From the IMG/VR virus record IMGVR_UViG_3300012347_000334, positions 1 to 35,950 of that record: a stretch of 35,950 nucleotides of DNA. One strand, given 5' to 3'. The DNA is from a virus. Taxonomy: Duplodnaviria > Caudoviricetes. The notes beneath the pieces are model-generated. The model searched no databases, had not been told where the DNA came from, and was given only the letters and a program-made list of their open reading frames with translations. The first letter of the stretch is position 1. Every line of letters starts with the position of its first letter. The translations under genes and the position numbers were made by a program. Positions 34,038-35,950 of this stretch are shown here, in pieces.

Positions 34038-34356
34038 ATTGAAATGCACACTAGGTAAAAATCTATGGGTTAGTCACGATCAAACAAGTAGACTAGTTCA
34101 AGTCGTTGAGAAGATACCACATAAAGACTTTACTAAGAGCTGGGCTATATGGCTTAAGACTGAGATGTATCCAGAGGTTGAATATTTAATCGAAGGTTAT
34201 ATCTCTGAGGCACCCAATAAGGGCTTTATGAACGAACAAGGCAAGGTTGCGTACAAAGCTAACTTTAATGCTATGACCGTCATACCTCTTGATGAAAAGC
34301 ATGCATTCCCAGATGCTACTGAATACGATCCTTCATTAGAAAACATTCCTTTTTGA
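34027..34356 (+). CDS. SSB-like OB-fold protein
   Basis: YLIEGYI beta pattern and acidic tail ending ENIPF, resembling the SSB DDIPF tip. Confidence 0.6.
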   Translation: MDFKLKCTLGKNLWVSHDQTSRLVQVVEKIPHKDFTKSWAIWLKTEMYPEVEYLIEGYISEAPNKGFMNEQGKVAYKANFNAMTVIPLDEKHAFPDATEYDPSLENIPF

Positions 34357-34357
34357 T

Positions 34358-34705
34358 ATGATACCACTAGAAGAAACTATTAAAGAAATAAACATTATCT
34401 TAAACAAGGACCGTGACGATTTTCGTGACGGTTACGCTTTAGAATACCTTTACAAAGAAGGATTGCTAGACATTCGCCAGCTTAAATCTCTTAATCTGAG
34501 AGGCGCAGGATATACAATTGATAAAATAGCAAAGGAATTAGTTAATAATAAAACTAAAACAAGAGGTATTAAAACATCCCTCGCAAGGTCAATCTATAAC
34601 TCCGCAGTATTAAAAGTTAAGTATGCTCTAAGGAATAGAATGACGTGTAACAAGATAGAGTTTACTGATCGTGAGTTTAGAAGAATGTTTTACGGGTCTA
34701 TTTAG
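34358..34705 (+). CDS. Sigma70 region-4-like HTH transcription regulator
   Basis: LDIRQLKSLNLR..GYTIDKIAKEL...ARSIYNSAVLKVK. Confidence 0.55.
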   Translation: MIPLEETIKEINIILNKDRDDFRDGYALEYLYKEGLLDIRQLKSLNLRGAGYTIDKIAKELVNNKTKTRGIKTSLARSIYNSAVLKVKYALRNRMTCNKIEFTDREFRRMFYGSI

Positions 34706-34706
34706 T

Positions 34707-34967
34707 ATGGACCTATTTGATTTTAATCACTTAGAACCAGTAGGTGAAACTCTTGAGTCGTGGTGTAAAAAATATGGATTGCGTGTTAAAGAAGAAAAAT
34801 GCTTTGGATGTGATGAAATAGTTAAAATGGATGTCCCTGCTTTTGGTAAAGAGTGGCGAGGTTTAGTAGCTGGGCCATGTAAATCATGCGGCAAGGTTAA
34901 CAACTTTCAACACTTCGTTTTAACTAAAGATTCAACTGGCCACCCGTTAATAAATTTATTATCATGA
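34707..34967 (+). CDS. Zinc-ribbon protein
   Basis: CFGC and CKSCG pairs. Confidence 0.7.
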   Translation: MDLFDFNHLEPVGETLESWCKKYGLRVKEEKCFGCDEIVKMDVPAFGKEWRGLVAGPCKSCGKVNNFQHFVLTKDSTGHPLINLLS

Positions 34968-35076
34968 AAATATCATGGTCCTCCCTGTTATTGTTAAGTT
35001 GTACGGGTAGCAGTAGGACGTTGTATGGATGCCGCTACCATCTTGATATACAACGTCTAGGGTTATTTATAAATCT

Positions 35077-35104
35077 TTTACAAAGACCTATCGCGTAATA
35101 TAAT
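35077..35104 (+). promoter_or_regulatory. Candidate sigma70 promoter upstream of HTH gene
   Basis: TTTACA-16 bp-TATAAT. Confidence 0.55.
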
Positions 35105-35155
35105 CTTATTTACAAATAAAATCATGTTGTGTACTTCTAATTCAAAAGAGGTTAT

Positions 35156-35401
35156 ATGAATTACTTAAAGAAATTAAGACTAGACGCTGGTCTTACTCAA
35201 AAACAAGTGTCAGATGCAGTTAAGTTATCAAGTCCGCAATTTGTCTACTCGTGGGAGATGAAAAAAAACATCTATCCTTCTAAAGCTATGATTAAAAAGA
35301 TAGCTCCATTATATGGCGTTAAATGTAAAGACATAGCTACTTATATTGTAGAGGGAAAACAGAAAAGAATTGCAGATACATATAAGGATTTACTCAAATG
35401 A
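35156..35401 (+). CDS. XRE-family HTH regulator (Cro-like)
   Basis: LKKLRLDAGLTQKQVS...SPQFVYSWE...PS...KKIA.LYGV; GAGG RBS. Confidence 0.9.
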   Translation: MNYLKKLRLDAGLTQKQVSDAVKLSSPQFVYSWEMKKNIYPSKAMIKKIAPLYGVKCKDIATYIVEGKQKRIADTYKDLLK

Positions 35402-35517
35402 GATATTTAATCTTTGTAGCGTTCTTTATGTTCCAACCAGCCTTTGCAATCGTTGAATGTGAATAGACTCCTGATTGGAAAATGTGTGATAAAAGGGCTA
35501 AGAAGAAATCGAAATAA
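35398..35517 (+). pseudogene. Small secreted peptide gene interrupted by an in-frame TAG
   Basis: MRYLIFVAFFMFQPAFA/IVECE*TPDWKMCDKRAKKKSK*; ATGA coupling to the HTH gene. Confidence 0.4.
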
Positions 35518-35587
35518 TATTTGCTTGCGAGCTGTGGCAAGTAAAAAACAGCCTAACAGGGTGGAATGCCCTGCACTTTTTGAGGGG

Positions 35588-35950
35588 ATGAATATGAAAA
35601 TAAATAAAAAGATTATAGAGAAACTTACACCGTGCAAAGATAGATTTGACAATTTTTTGAATCAATATCCAGATTTCAAAGGTGATATTAAAGACTTCGT
35701 CTTACTGGATAAAATTACCTATTCTGATAAAGTGTGGGTAGTTACTAGACTTTTCACAAAAGAACAAAACGTAAAATGGTCACTGTTGTGCGCCTCAAAA
35801 GTGTTGTCTATTTTTGAGAAAGAATATCCAGATGATAAAAGACCACGGCAGGCATTAGAAGCTTGCGAAAATTGGTTAAATAATCCGAGCGATGCTGCTG
35901 CTAATGCTGCTAATGCTGCTGCTAATGCTGCTTATGTTGCTGCTAATGCT
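35588..35950 (+). CDS. Imm5-like domain protein with Ala-rich repeats, 5' part (continues at 1-142)
   Basis: GAGGGG RBS; CASKVLSIFEKEYPDDKRPRQALEACENW then (AAN)n. Confidence 0.75.
   Translation, partial: MNMKINKKIIEKLTPCKDRFDNFLNQYPDFKGDIKDFVLLDKITYSDKVWVVTRLFTKEQNVKWSLLCASKVLSIFEKEYPDDKRPRQALEACENWLNNPSDAAANAANAAANAAYVAANA
35899..35950. repeat. Terminal direct repeat, right copy
   Basis: Identical to 1-52. Confidence 0.85.

Noticed and set aside
34962-34986. Minus-strand AGGGAGG-ACC-ATG as a relic of a lost CI gene
   Set aside because: Spacing is only 3 nt and the frame closes after four codons (MIFS*); no repressor-like remnant follows.
35464-35466. Genome-wide TAG reassignment
   Set aside because: Core genes such as the major capsid and terL are full length in the standard code and end at TAG.
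35407-35652. Minus-strand 81-aa ORF
   Set aside because: Overlaps the RBS-supported plus-strand Imm5-like gene and has no supporting features.

Overview
An apparently complete, circularly permuted ~35.9 kb tailed-phage genome with a siphovirus-like tail module. The last 52 nt (35899-35950) are identical to the first 52 nt, and one ORF reads across the junction. There are two opposed arms. The minus-strand late arm (31088 to ~6490) carries RusA-like, ParB-like, terS, HNH, terL, portal, two morphogenesis paralogs, scaffold, major capsid, a fibre/peptidase insert, head-tail joining, major tail, frameshifted tail chaperone, tape measure, tail/fibre genes, a lysis cassette and a large tail protein. 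The plus-strand early arm (31347 to 35950/1 to 6510) carries ERF recombinase, BRO-N antirepressor, SSB-like, sigma-region-4-like and XRE HTH genes, an Imm5-like Ala-repeat protein, many short accessory genes, an SLT lipoprotein, a metallophosphoesterase and a CsrA-like protein. I recognise no integrase, CI-type repressor, polymerase, primase, helicase or replication initiator. The best signals are non-coding: a ~290-nt multi-junction, pseudoknotted RNA-like element upstream of the antirepressor (32834-33125), and an 81-nt non-canonical tRNA-like cloverleaf with an encoded CCA and its own candidate promoter at the head of the packaging operon (30402-30482). Also notable are block-mosaic paralogs and repeat-bounded gene cassettes in the early region, several exported proteins (including a signal-peptide-bearing fibre-like protein) and a minimal DUF2829/Tad2-like ORF. 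The SLT lipoprotein resembles, from memory, a Bdellovibrionota family, which suggests but does not prove a predatory-bacterium host. All family calls are by-eye motif recognition; no searches were run.
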